Shown here one piece after another: positions 51,001-64,000 of a DNA stretch of 64,000 bases (position 1 is its first letter; each line of letters starts with the position of its first letter). Source of the DNA: Blasia pusilla (taxonomy: Eukaryota); contig CM114271.1 of assembly GCA_050084515.1 (NCBI GenBank), positions 31,434,001-31,498,000 on the forward strand, read 5' to 3'. The position numbers and the translations under genes are program-made. The notes below the pieces were generated by a model, which was not told the DNA's origin, did no database searches, and saw only the letters and a list, made by a program, of their open reading frames with translations.

Positions 51001-52471
51001 TGGGATTTCCGAAATTTTGGAGGCGTCTCCAAGTGCTTGTGTCATTTGCAATCTCACCAAGACTGGAATTCGCCTTTCCAGAATCAGTGTGAAATTCATC
51101 GGAACCAAGCTGCAATTCTCCATTATTCTCAAATGTATCCGAGCTAGCTTTCAGTTCCACTCCTGCTGCTGAGATATCGCCCTGTTCCGAGTTTAAAGCT
51201 AACTTCACCTGCTCCTCTCTAACTTCTGGTGTTGCACCTGAGTCTGCTAGCAAATTCAGATCCTGCTGAAAACTGGAAGGTGCTGTACTGATACTAGATT
51301 TCCAGTTTGTTGTCAACTCGTCTACAATGTCTTTGACTATCACACGACTACCTCCGGTCTCTTTGAGAATTGTGGTGAGGCTGGGCCACTTTCCTTCATG
51401 GTCATCCTTGTGCCTGCAAACAGGCAATCCGACTTCAGAAACAGAGAAGGCGACCTTCACAAAAAAGAGACCTGGGTACCATCACCATCACGTGATTGAA
51501 ACTTTCCATCCAGATTCTCCACATCTGTGCGTGCACAGCCATACAATCAGCGACTGGGAATGAGGAGTAAACTGCTCCACCAGCTTGAGCGCTATATACT
51601 GTGAATACACCATGAATGTTCCAAATGACAAGTGGGATCTCACGAAGGGTACATACTTTCGGATAAAATTCTCTACAAGTGTGTATCTCTCTGCTCTTGA
51701 CAGCCGCTCTCCTCTCTTCTTCGGCAACTCTGCAGATTCTTCCAAAGCTGCAGCATGTGCAACGAATCTTGTATGCCTGGCATATGTTCTATTCTGATGC
51801 ACTGGCAATCAGATCAGGACGAGTGGGCGTTATTCAGTGCACTGAGAAATCGACGAAATGGACATTGCCAGGTTTCTTGAAACGACTACAGCCCGAGTCT
51901 GAGAAATTCATGGGAAGGCAAAAAAGGAATGACCTTCAGAGAAACGTGAATTCCACCGGTGCGATATTGTTATGAGACAGCAAACACATGCCGGTGTTCT
52001 ATATAAAAGACTCCTATCATGAAGAGCTGTGAATACAGAGACTAGGGGATTTTTAAAGCACTAGAGGTCGATCCCGCTAAAAGGAAATCAACCACACTCC
52101 ACAAAACTTCTGACGATTGACTTTCCAAACGTATGACAGCTTCATCTCGTGAAAGGAACAATCTCCTGAGCCGCGAACGCCCATGTTATAAACCAGAAAT
52201 AATGCCATGAGTTGGTAAGCTGAGAATAATTTGAAAGCGCATTTCAGCGACTGCGATTGAATTCGGAGAAACAGAGGTACCATATATCTCCATCTCACAT
52301 TGTAATTAGCTATTCCATACCAGCATTGAAGGGTACGATTCTTCGCAGAGAACACCTACCCACAGGTTCGAAGGCTGGCTGCGTCCATGTGCGAGAAACG
52401 GACACTGAGCTCAGGGAGTGTAGCCTGCGGAGGCCAGCAAAACTATGAGCCCATGCTCGAGAAACAGCCAT
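48061..52471 (-). CDS. Putative organelle-targeted nucleic-acid-binding protein: At3g52170-like HTH domain plus three RRM-like domains (~665 aa, 6 exons)
   Basis: GT-AG exons 52471-52360, 51801-51657, 51413-50612, 50052-49645, 48937-48678 and 48331-48061 join in frame (1998 nt). N-terminus is R/S/A-rich. Contains RLSRAERYTLVENFIRKHK..GKWPSLTTILKETGGSRVIVKDIVDEL and RNP motifs LFIRFLP...YGFVDF, VAVEGLP...AQVEF and VRLSNV. Confidence 0.8.
49437..49501. repeat. Two overlapping perfect inverted repeats in an intron
   Basis: 24-bp arms at 49437-49460/49466-49489 and 17-bp arms at 49460-49476/49485-49501. Confidence 0.9.
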
Positions 52472-55400
52472 GATGTCCCTTGATCCTAAACTGCATCCAC
52501 CCAAGTTCACGAGATGAACCAGCATTCTGAGCCGGCCTTGAAAATCGTGCTCAATCCCTCCCTCCTCTGCATATCTGCCTTCATTCTTCCAATCCTTCAA
52601 CTTCAATAATCGCAGCTCTTCCCGTCATTACTACTCCCCGAAGCTCCGTCGAACCCTCCCAAGAGCTTCCTAAAACCCTGAATCTTTGAGTGGGGACCGA
52701 AAATGATGAACAACCTGAATGCCTACACTCCACCACCAAAATTAGGGTTTTGGGCTCTTCGATCTAAACTCCAAAGGAACAAACATTCAACTCCGGGAAA
52801 TGCCTCTTCAAACTCAGGAGTGCGTACACCGTAAGATATTTCTTACAAGAGGGTCTCCAAATTTTATTCTCACTGGAACGACTTTCCTCTCATAGGAACC
52901 GTTTCGTAGAAGAGCATACGTTACTTCTACTGGTTAGAGAGCTAATTTAGAGGAAGAAAGGAATACTCATTGGATATGTTGAACAGGTGATGCTGAAAAT
53001 CTGCGGAAAATACCTGTAACCGATGGTCTTTCTGATTGCTAGAGAATAATCCGGATAACAATGGTGGTGGCCATCATTGATCCTTTTGTTTGTTTTTATT
53101 TTTACATTCTTTTCTTTTATTTACGGTCTCTATAAATTCCTCTCGTTTTTTTTCTAGACATCTAGATTATCCACGCGTCCTATGCACGAATGAATTATTC
53201 TCTTCTCCACCGAGTCCACCCCGTCCGTCGTAGAGGCCGCACATTGGTTATATCAACGCAATTCATGTGCGAGTTCAATCGTGCTCGTATGGGGTGCATC
53301 AATGAAATGAAGTCATTAGTGTTATCCACTATGCACTACTCAATTGGAAATAGTGTAGAGGTATAAGCCGTTTTCCATAGTTTCTTCTATTGTTGTTTGA
53401 AGAAGCTAATAAATTTTTTCTCGAATGGGAATGAAAAGATTCACATATGGGAGACTAGTATAATAATTTTCTCACGAGTGAAAATCACACTTGAGAACCC
53501 CGTATTTTAATCATATAGATGATAGTGTGAAATTAGTGGACATACGGTGAATAAGATTTAACCTTTAAAAAATGGTAAAAAATAAATTAAATAAACAAAT
53601 TTATAATAAATCTAATTTGGCTCAAGATAATTTTTCATGTATTTTCTTGTATTAAATTTGGGAAATAGTTGTTCCTTTTCTTTCAATAAGTGAAAGAAAA
53701 TCAGTAATTTTGATGAATTTTTTTCCCGAAAGTGGGACTAAATTTTTCTCCCAATCTAAATTGAAATTTTAAAATGATATATAAATAATGTGTCTTCCAT
53801 GATTTTGAAGAACGATTCTTGTCCTATTATCCTTTTCGTTCTTTCCCAAAGGAAAAGTTAATTTTCTCTCAAAATTAAACTTTAAATTAATTTTTGTTAT
53901 AATTTTGTTGGCATGAACCTTGAAAAAATAATTTTAAATTTTCTAATGAGAAAATATAATAAAAATGAAAGAGACTCAACAAGATTCCATCAGGAAAGAT
54001 GTTTTAATTTGATTTAATTATATTTAAATAATTTTAAAATATAAATAAATAACCTAATTATTAAAACCTTACCCATTCTCATTTTATGCTTAATATAAGG
54101 TAAAAAAAATTTTAAGATTCATGAAATGACTCCTTGGACAAATCCGATAGGTGTCCTTCATTCTTTGGTCTTCAAAATGAGCTACCGCCCTTAATACTAT
54201 AATTTTAAGGGTCTTTATGAACAAAAATATGAGATGTTATGTATATGGGTCTTAAAGGTTGTATGTTGTAGATGTTATTGGTATTGGACAAAAGTTGTGA
54301 TTTGAATCGAGCATAGGATGGGGTTACATAAGATCCTCATCCTCTTATCCCTTGAGGGCCCTCTTTAGGGGTCATGTGCTAATTTATTTGAGTGAGTTAA
54401 GTTAAGGGGCAGTTAAGTTAAGAGGGAGAAGATTGGCAAGGAAAGGTGGAAAAAACAATTTTTTCTATTGCATAAACTACAAGTATCACTTACATCCGAA
54501 TTGGACATCTTTCTCATCTTCCAAAATTATTGCTTTAAAAAGGTGACAAATAAAATTATAATATTATTCGCATTTGAAAAGACAAATGATATGTATGGAA
54601 TCATTTCTTTCCCTTAACCTTTAATATATGATATTAAAAAAGAGCGCCAATGCCACTAAACAACAAAATTGTCAACGTATTAAAATTTTATCTTCTTCCA
54701 CCATGCATAGCTTCTAAGGGGACATTAGGGATGACGAGATGGGCAATTGAGGGGATTCTCCACTACTCCAAGATGTGATTGCTGTAAAATTGAATACTGC
54801 AAATAAATATTAGATCTCACTCATTTTAGAGATCTCCCACGATTAACTATTTAGGGGAGATTAAGATCTTTTTACTTCAATTTAGTTTCATAACTTGATG
54901 TTTAAATAAAACCTTACTTTTCATCATCTTGACAATTTTCAATTGACCTATCTTATTAACAAGGCTTTTGTTTAGTAGCCTTTTAAGATTTTGGAATGAT
55001 GTTTACCTCATCCCTAACTCTAATAACCATTTGAGAAATTAACACAAATTTGGGGTAGGTAAAAGATGTGCATCTCTTCCGCACCCCCCTTACTAAAACA
55101 ACTTCTCCAAAAAAAGGTATAGGAAGACAAAAAAAACAAAAAAATCTGTTCACTAGACTTCACTTTCTTTGCATAAGACAAGCCCTCATTCATCTGAAAA
55201 ACTTTTGAAGGTCCTACTTCACAATAGAAGGGAACACTTTCCTCCCACAATTTTATTATCAACCGAGATGAGCTAGCATAATTACCACATCATCTCCCCT
55301 CCCCCTCCCATCCCTCATGAATAAGGGGAAGAGGGCTCATAACGGTGGCCAATGAGAAAAGCCAACATGAGTGACTTCTATAGATCCCATCTTTGTATGG

Positions 55401-56029
55401 TTGGGAGCCTATATAACCATAGGATTACCATACATCCCTACACATGAATACTCTAGATTGTTATGTCTTTTACATTCAAGCGGATAGCATCCGTGCAACT
55501 TATTTGAGAAGGTCAGATGGTGGTCCCGGTAGGTCAAGGATGATTTTTTGTGCATAGATATGTGAGAGATTCTACATTCGAACATCAAACCTTGTCTTTA
55601 TTTAAGGAGGTTTCCCGCTCGGTTAAGTGCATTGAGCAAAACATAGGAGAGGAGAGTGTGCCAACCTTGAGCAATTTGAGAGGGATTCCACGAGGGAAGA
55701 CCACACGAAATGTGCATTAGTGCACATCCCAAGAGAGAAGTACAAAACTTAGAATGCATGTTGATTATCACGAGATTGTGTAGTTGAGAGCCATAACATC
55801 ACATGTATATCAACAATAATCATGAGTGATTTTTTGTTTGTTTGGTGGTGCCCATTTTCAACACGATTGCAGATACTATGGTAGTGCACATACGATACCA
55901 CCCAATAAATATGATAGATCCCCTAACTATGAGTATTCCATTATGATCATAAATGCCTTCCTTAATTACGGAAATACTCGAGACATCGACGTGCTTCAAC
56001 TTTCATCCCAAGATATGCTCAAATAGAGT

Positions 56030-57447
56030 ACATGAGAAAGTTGGAGGTCTAGATGTAACCAAAGGCCGTGGAGCATGTGGTCTATTAGGTGGACAAGGTG
56101 GTGGATATGCCCATGGAGGAGATAGAGGCCCACAAGCTAGAGAGGTTGAGGGAGACCTTAGTTAAGGGGTTAGGATGGTCGCCAAGTTAGAGCAATGGCA
56201 CCAACAGATTCCAACGATGGCACTACGATTTCTTTGATTTCACATTAATGGCATCTACATCATATGGAGCAAGTAAGAGCACATATTATCCCAGATGAAT
56301 GTATGGGGCTACACAAATTGAAGAAATAATTGTGGTTACATGGGGATAAGTAGCATAGTTGGATCAAAAGTTAGAGATAGTCAATAGACAGACGAGACTC
56401 CCTTAGTCATTTACATTTCTCCGTACAATGAAGACTTCATCGATGGTTTCCAATCAAACTACTTAGAAGTTGGATGTCGGTGGTGTATAGACATGACGAG
56501 TGATGGATAAGATGAGAACTTTGATACCTATTACTGATACTCAAAAGAAGCTCCTGCCAAGTATGTTGTTGGTGCAGCCAGAACCATGTAATGTATCATA
56601 GACTACATCCATAATTTTCTTCCTAAGATATTATGATATTAAAAGGCATGTCCACCAAGTTTTTTTTATTGGTTGCCATGCTATATCTAGTCATGTAGAT
56701 GATATTACTACTTCATATTTGGAGGTAGTAATACCCTTAGAGCCCATGCTCGAGATGTCTACTTTTGGGTCATGGCATGCCATGATTGATAGGCTGGAAA
56801 ATATTGACTGGACTTGTTAAAGAGTCAGCCATGGTTGCACATGAAGTGGTGTTGCTAGATAACCAATGTGATGTTGTTAGTTGGGTTCCTCTGATAGGTC
56901 CAGTTTATTGTTTACAACATGTGTTTTTGGGATGCAACCGTTCATGCTAAGGAAGGCAGATTTTATATATGACACATTTGCTGTTCATATCCCAACAGAG
57001 ATGGGTGTCTTGAAGAGCATATATTTCCATGTAGAAGATGTTCCTTTTGGGAGCTCAATTAAGAAGCTCTAAAAATATTTTGATGAGCATATGCGAACGG
57101 CTTGGAATGAGGCCTTTTTATCAAGTTGAGAGAGGTCAAAGGAGCACAAGGTTTTAAGCAATGCTATGTTGTCATCCTTGGACACCACATTCATTGTGTG
57201 ACAATTTGTGGAGGAGGGTTTAAGAGTGTTGGATGTCTTTGGAGGGACCAACATTAGGTTGGCTACGGTGCTATAAGCGAGTATTTGTTTATACCAATAC
57301 TTGTATGTGGAACGAGGTGAAACTAATATGCAAGTATCACTTGAATAGGTAGCTTATTTGCGACTATAATTTTGGAAATTGTATCAACAAATGCAAGGTT
57401 ATTAGAGTTCCTTGCTATCTGAGATAGGATCTGGACCAGATGGGTAC
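56030..57447 (+). mobile_element. Ty3/Gypsy copy 3 (old, heavily decayed): gag end, protease and DNMT3-like N-terminal part
   Basis: Aligns with 15515-15730 and 16340-16470. 57211-57447 translates to EEGLRVLDVFGGTNIRLATVL*...YQYLYVE...QGY*SSL...DLDQMGTI. Confidence 0.75.
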
Positions 57448-58280
57448 TATCGTGAGCATACACATTGTTGTTACCAAACACACACAAAAACACTCATGAT
57501 CCCATGCTAATTCATAGCATCCAAACAACGAGACAAGAAGTACCAAAATATCTCCAATAAAATAAGATCCAATCTCTCTCACAACACCACAGTTCTCACA
57601 TGTGTGCACTCTCACATGTCTCTCTCAATGTCAAACCAAACCCACTCTCATAATGAGAGGCTTGGGTTAAACTCACAAGGCAAGGAACCATAGCTCCGCC
57701 GCCTCGTGCCAAGAGGTTCAACAAAGAGAGAATAAACTCTCAAGCTCTCTCTCTTTGAAGTATACCCCTCCCCTCTCCCAAGCTCTCTCTCCATGGTGAC
57801 CTATGCTCCCAAGTCACCTCCTTGGCTCTTGACCTGATGTAGGAGGTCAAGGGGCACTTACCAAAAAAATAAAGTCGATCCACAAGACACATCCTCAAGA
57901 AATTCCCCGACGTAGCAAACGAAACGGCAACCCAAAGTCTCTGGTCGGCGGCTATCGCCACTCCTCATCCACCCCAATTACAACCGTAGGCAAAGGACAA
58001 GAGGCTACTACCATCCACCGGGCCTCTACGCCCCGAGCCATATACTCAAAATGGTACTTACCTAAAGTATTAAGTTCCTCAATATGGCTCCAAATGAGCC
58101 AAAACGAAGGGGAAATCTGCTCTCTCAGGTTTCGCGGGGCCTCAGCAGGTCATCCTCGACCTTCTAAGCCTGTCCTCCACAACTCATGAAGGCGCTCTAC
58201 TAGATCTCACCGATCTATCCTAAAAGATGTCATACTTGTCGTACGCATAGATATTGTTACACAACATACATTATTGTCAC

Positions 58281-58506
<226 letters not shown>

Positions 58507-58834
58507 CATGCTAACTCATGGCATCCAAACAACGAGATAATAAGTACCAAAATATCTCCAATTTCCCCCTAGTTGGTGGTTAGGTCCCTCTAACTCGAGA
58601 TAGCCATCTATCCCTACCTACCATGACATACATCTCTCGCACGCTAAGAGCAAGAAGGCCGGATGCTCATGTGGCCCCATCGTTAGTCGCCTTCTTGTCA
58701 TCCATGTCACAGACACAAGTCGGAATGTAGAACTACCTACTCTATGTGCACCACGGGCATAACCACACAACATACAACGCAAGCCTATAACAACTACAGC
58801 TAAGCTCAGATCAACTGCACTGTCAATGTTAGTA

Positions 58835-58975
58835 TACATCTAGGATACATCCATCTTCCCTTAGGAACCCTAGTGAGAGGCGGCGTCAAACATGCCATAG
58901 GTCATCCTCTCGAACACCCATTACAGACTAGCATAATGCTTGCACCACGGGCGGAACCACACAACATACACCGGA
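58835..58975 (-). pseudogene. PHD finger (C4HC3) at the integrase C-terminus
   Basis: RCMLCGSARGASIMLVCNGCSRG*PMACLTPPLTRVPKGRWMYPRC. Copy 2 supplies GWHMAC and WMCPRC, giving a complete C4HC3 consensus. Confidence 0.85.
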
Positions 58976-61900
58976 AGCCTGCAAGAACTACCGCTAAGCT
59001 TGGATCAACTATACCATCAATGTTTGGAAGATGACATAGCGCAAAGTTACGCACATGGTCCTTCCAAACCATACCATCGCGTCCCTCCAATAAGAGAACA
59101 CCGGATGGCAAAACCTCTCACACTCTCAAGATGGTGCGCCTTGCAGTCACATCCAACGTCGTGGGTAGCGTCTGCTGCAAGTAGACATAGTCTCCCTGAT
59201 GAAACCTCCGGAGTAGGTCGATAACCACCTCCTTGAATAGTCGCATACCTCAATGTATCCCGATGTTGCGCAATCGCCAAGTTCTCAAATGGCATGGGCA
59301 TCACTCTCCCAAAAAACTCAGGCCTCTGAGAACATGCTCGCATTCATACATCAGGGTCATCAAGGTTCAACATCTCACCAAAATCTCAAGGAATGGCCAT
59401 AGGTAAATCTGGCTCTCGGCCATAAAGCAACAAGTATGGTGAGAAAAACGCTAAGGATGCCTGCCTATTGGATCTATATCCCATTGCCAACCACATAAAC
59501 TGAAGGTCTCAATCTCCTAGATGACCTCTCTGCAAGCCATACTTGCGTAGTCCTATCTTCACCATCTACACAACCCGCTCCGCTAGTCCATGCGCCTCAG
59601 GATGATCTTGCGAAGTAGTGCGGTGGTCGATCAGTGCCTGATCACACAAGGCCTGAAACTCCCCACAGAACTCTGTACCTTGGTCTGTCAACACCTCAGT
59701 TGGTACGCCGTAATGACCCAACACTCGATCTAGGAAGGCATCCGCTACTCCCTCACTCGCTTTGTCAGGCAATGCAACCAACTCCATCCACTTCAATAGG
59801 TGCTCGACCATCACCAACACATAACGACTATGGTGCTCCGTCAAAGGCAAAGGTCCTGCAAAATCCAAACTCCATCTATAACCTAAACCCATGATCGGAA
59901 GTGAATGCAACTGTGGAGTCAAAACATTGAATGATGCTCGGACTCGATCACACACCATGCATCTGGCAACAAACTGCTGAACATCAGTCTGCATGCCTTG
60001 CCACCAATACTGAATCTGGAGCAAGTTGTACGTCCGCTTCACTCCAAAATGACCGAACTCCTCGTGGCCATGATGCACCAAACGTGCTCTCTGCGAAGGA
60101 TGAGGCACTACACGCACTCTACCATCCTCCCACACTCGCAACACATGTGTGCCCTCCCACCGGAACTGTCTGGCTCGCTGTAGGATCTGATCCCGCTCTC
60201 TACTACCCACTAAGCTTGCAACGTTGCCAGTACGCAGATACTCCAAGACCACTCCATCTTCGTGAATATCTTGGCCACCTGTCGTCTCCTCACCAACCTC
60301 TGGATCTAAGGACTCTCCATCAGACCTCGCCATCGAAGTCTCAGAAATCTGACTCTCCATAGCCAACAAGCCCAAATAGGCTGACGCATGCCATCCGGGC
60401 ACCAACTCCTCATCACTCTCACCATGCCAACGAGCTTCAGTCGCATTTCGCTGACTTGCGCATGGGTTACGGCTCAAACCATTTGCATTGTGGTTGAGCA
60501 TCCCAAGTTTATGCACCACTTGGAAGTCATACACCTTCAACAAAAGAGCCCACCTCACAAGCTTCCCTGTAAGCTTGTTGGACTCCATCAACCACTTAAG
60601 TGGCTGATGATCAATAATGATGGTAAAGGGATTGTCGAATAGATAACATCTAAAATGTGCAACAGCCCACACTACAGCCAAGCACTCACCCTCATACGAG
60701 CTATACTTTGCCTCTGCAACGTTGTTCGAGCGACCAGCGTAAGCCACCACGGACTCTCCACCATCATCCTCATGCTGGGTGAGCACGGCTCCAAGCCCCA
60801 ACATGCCTAAATCGGTATGCAACTGGAAAGGACGCCCCTTGATCGGTCTCCTCAATATGGGTACGGACGTCAATTTGTCCTTGAGCATCTGAAATGCTCT
60901 CTCCTCCTCATCCCCCCAGTGCCACTCTTGATCCACCTTGGTCAGCAAGGTTAGCGGCTTTGCAATTGAAGTGAAACCCTTGACGTACCGTCAATAGAAG
61001 CTCGCCAATCCTATGAATGCATGAACTCGACTCATATCTGTAGGGCATGGAATGCGTGAAATAGCCTCTACCTTCGTTTGTTGCATACCAAGGCCCCTTG
61101 GATATATCGTATCATCCAAGTACTCAGTCTAGTCGTAGAAGAACTTGCATTTGCCTAGATATAGCTTTAACCTATGTAACCGCAATTGTCAAAACACCTC
61201 CTCTAGATGTCGCTCATGCTCCTCAACCGTGGCACTTAAGACTGCGATGTCATCAATATAACACCTAGAAAAATCCAAACATGCCAAGATCCTATCCATG
61301 ACCCTCTGAAACTCAACCGTGGCGTTCTTTAACCCGAATGGTAAGAATCGCCACTGGTACAAACAATCCTTTCCGTGAGGATTGATGCCCCAAAATGCCG
61401 TCTTTTGCCTGTCCTCCAATGTGATAGGCAACAGGTGGTATTTGGCTTGCAAATCCAATGAACTGAAGACCTTTGCATGCCCAATCGCATCAAAGATCTC
61501 CGCAGGGGTGGGCATGGCATATTTATTGGACTTTCTCTTCCAATTGATAGGTCAGTAATCTCCACACATTCGCCTATCTGTCCAGTTGCCATGCACATCC
61601 TTCTTGGCGGACAAGACAGTGGTAGATGCATACTCTCCATGCGACATCTCCACTAGTCCTGCTCCAACCAAGTCTTGGCTCCTACTCTGAATTAGAGCCC
61701 TTTCCATATTATTGTACCTATAGGGTCGTCGGAAGATCGGCGTATCACTCGACAACTCAATGCGGATCCATGGACCCTTCATCATATCCAAATCATGCAT
61801 ACTAAATGCAAAAAAACTCCTATAACTCCTAAGGAATTGGTGTATCCGACACCGCTCTCCTCCTGTCAACTTAGGGCCCATATCTAGCTCCCAAGTCTCC

Positions 61901-62214
61901 ATCGTGACTACGGTAGGACTTTCCGGCGTAGATGTTAGCGGTTGCTATGGTGCAACCTCGTTTGGGACAATAGAACTCTCATCTCCACATGCAGTACCCG
62001 GAACCACACTCGATGTTGTGGCTATCATCTCCTGGCGTACCTGCAAAACATCCCAAGAAGTCGAAGGATGTCTCTCCCGATCACCCTTGGTGTGTCGATC
62101 TCCTCAAGTATCGCCCCCAACCACTGCCTCATTCGTCTTGGTAGGCATGGGGCTCACCAACGCAACTTTTGTGAACTGTCACATCCTCAAACGACGTTGC
62201 TCAGCTACTCCTAA

Positions 62215-63165
62215 GCTAAAAAATCCATGACAAGCAGTTTAAGTCCATCGTCTGACCCAAGACATGACGCCGTGATGCCTCTCATAATGACGATACGACC
62301 GGCACTCCTGTGGAGAATCCCATCGCTCGCTCTCACTCATCGGCATTGGGCTCCACCAACCTCTGTACTTGGTCATCCGAAACCAAGCCAGGTTCGGCCT
62401 CCTTGAATGCATAGGCAGCGGGAAAACTCACCAATGTGGGAAAGGCTGCCCGTAGCCTGCCAGTCCTGTTGACCATAATCAATGGCAGTCAATCATGTAG
62501 CCTCACTGCCTAGGATCGACGGCCCGGATCTAATATAGAATCCACCAACAAATCGGAGGGGTGCTCCACTCTCGCATATGCCCTCCGCAACACCTCGTGT
62601 GGTTCCAAGTTGGTCCACCAAAGACGCGGGCGATGTGATTGTGAACCCACACTGGCCGCATCCAACAAAAATGTCGGGCCGATCCATGCGCGCACTTGAT
62701 GTGCACTTGTCACCACACAGGACCTCGAATCGCCCAAAATCAGTATATTCTCCGAATGTATGCTCAAGGATGAGATTGATGCTCTTGCAAGTGTCGCAAG
62801 ATCCGCATCATCTTCCAAAATAACCTAGACCAAGAATCAGCTAATCCGTTACCTTGTCCAGCACATGATTGGCCTTGACATAGCCAACCAGCAATGACCA
62901 AGTCTATGGTCCCTACCCGCTCCAAGTCCTGCACCCCCAACAATGAAATGTCCCTCGGTAGGGAACTTTGGTAGCCTTGAATGGCGGACGCATACGACGC
63001 GTCGGGAAAACGGAGGCGTAACTCCGCCACATGGTGAAGTGAAGCGCGCCTCGCAACATCATCAATCTCCACATATAGGTACTGCTACACGCACACTCCA
63101 GCCTACAAAAGAGCAGCTAACCCAATGTTGATCCCTCCAAAGAGATCCAACACCCGAATACCCTT
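62215..63165 (-). pseudogene. DNMT3-like cytosine-5 DNA methyltransferase domain within the Gypsy polyprotein
   Basis: Motifs in canonical order: I IRVLDLFGGI, II YLYVEID, III DI, IV IDLVIAGWLCQG (PC to LC), RLFW, VI YI.ENI, VIII LLDAASVGSQSHRPRLWWTNL, IX E*ERAMGF, X RRHVLGQTMD. Confidence 0.88.
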
Positions 63166-64000
63166 CTCTAGGATGCATCACACAATCCGAGTGGTGTCCA
63201 AAGGGGTCATAGCAGCACTCATGCCTACTTGGGGTGCCTCTAACCCGTCACACTCTGGTGCAAACGTCTCGCTCCACTCGGTCTGCACATGTTCAGTGGC
63301 TAAGCGTCGAAGCTCCTTAGTCGAGCCCCAAAGCGGTACCTCTCTTCCACGGACTGATGCAGCTACCATGACACTCCTCTACATAGAAATGTCAAGAACG
63401 TGAGTATCCTCTGCATGGACATGTCCCTCAATCAAATCACTAGGCCAAGTGATGGCACTGCTAAGTGCTGCTAAGGTCGCCATCTCTCCTGGCCGTCGCT
63501 CGATCACTGCACCTGTGAATCGAACGGGTAATGAGCTAAGGCGCCCATCACCTGACTCCCATCCTGCTCTATAGGATGCTGACTCATCCCAGTAACCTAG
63601 GGAAAATCCCATCGGTTATAACACTGCTCCACCAACCAAGACGTCGTAGGACTCTACATCAGTCACTATCGCCTTGGCTCGCACCACAGACTTATCCATA
63701 GGATCCTCACCATGACCTCTTGTTGGGTGATACTCGCTCCACCCAAGGATATCTGTATCCAAAATGGACAACGCTCCACATCGGCTCTCGTCAAGCCCAA
63801 TCCTCTGAATGACGCTTTTCCCAACATCAAGGATTGCCCTCCTGAATCCAACAAGACGCGTTGCGGACTAAAAGCTCTATCTCCGGGACTCATGAACTGC
63901 AAGATCTCTCCCTGGTTATCCAACAACACAATACCACGAGAAGCCATGGCACTCTCTATCACGGGTCTAGTGGATATCTCCGCCATCCTAGCAGCCGCAG

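Noticed and set aside
62215-63165. Bacterial restriction-modification methyltransferase or contamination
   Set aside because: The domain is embedded co-linearly in a Gypsy polyprotein, recurs in three TE copies, has DNMT3-like motif VIII-X signatures and has no neighbouring endonuclease.

Overview
Eukaryotic nuclear DNA, most likely from a non-seed land plant: it has spliceosomal introns, plant-type genes, and a 5S rRNA fragment that resembles the bryophyte 5S sequence as I recall it. A gene-rich core holds three credible host genes: a 9-exon BRD1/2/13-type bromodomain gene (+, 27679-36879), an intronless F-box gene (+, 41450-42592) and a 6-exon HTH+RRM gene (-, 48061-52471). Nested, decayed transposons flank this core: a solo LTR, a Mutator-like DDE/SWIM transposase pseudogene with extra ORFs, a CACTA remnant and four copies of one Ty3/Gypsy family. 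The main finding is that this Gypsy family encodes a DNMT3-like cytosine-5 DNA methyltransferase between protease and RT, plus a PHD finger after the integrase, and has an unusual 3' end (PPT, partial LTR, 2 nt, full LTR). Intron 5 of the bromodomain gene holds a nested array of a (TC)n-targeting LINE 3' end, including a 5S rRNA-LINE chimera with its own target-site duplication. All calls come from reading and translating by eye; no database searches were run.
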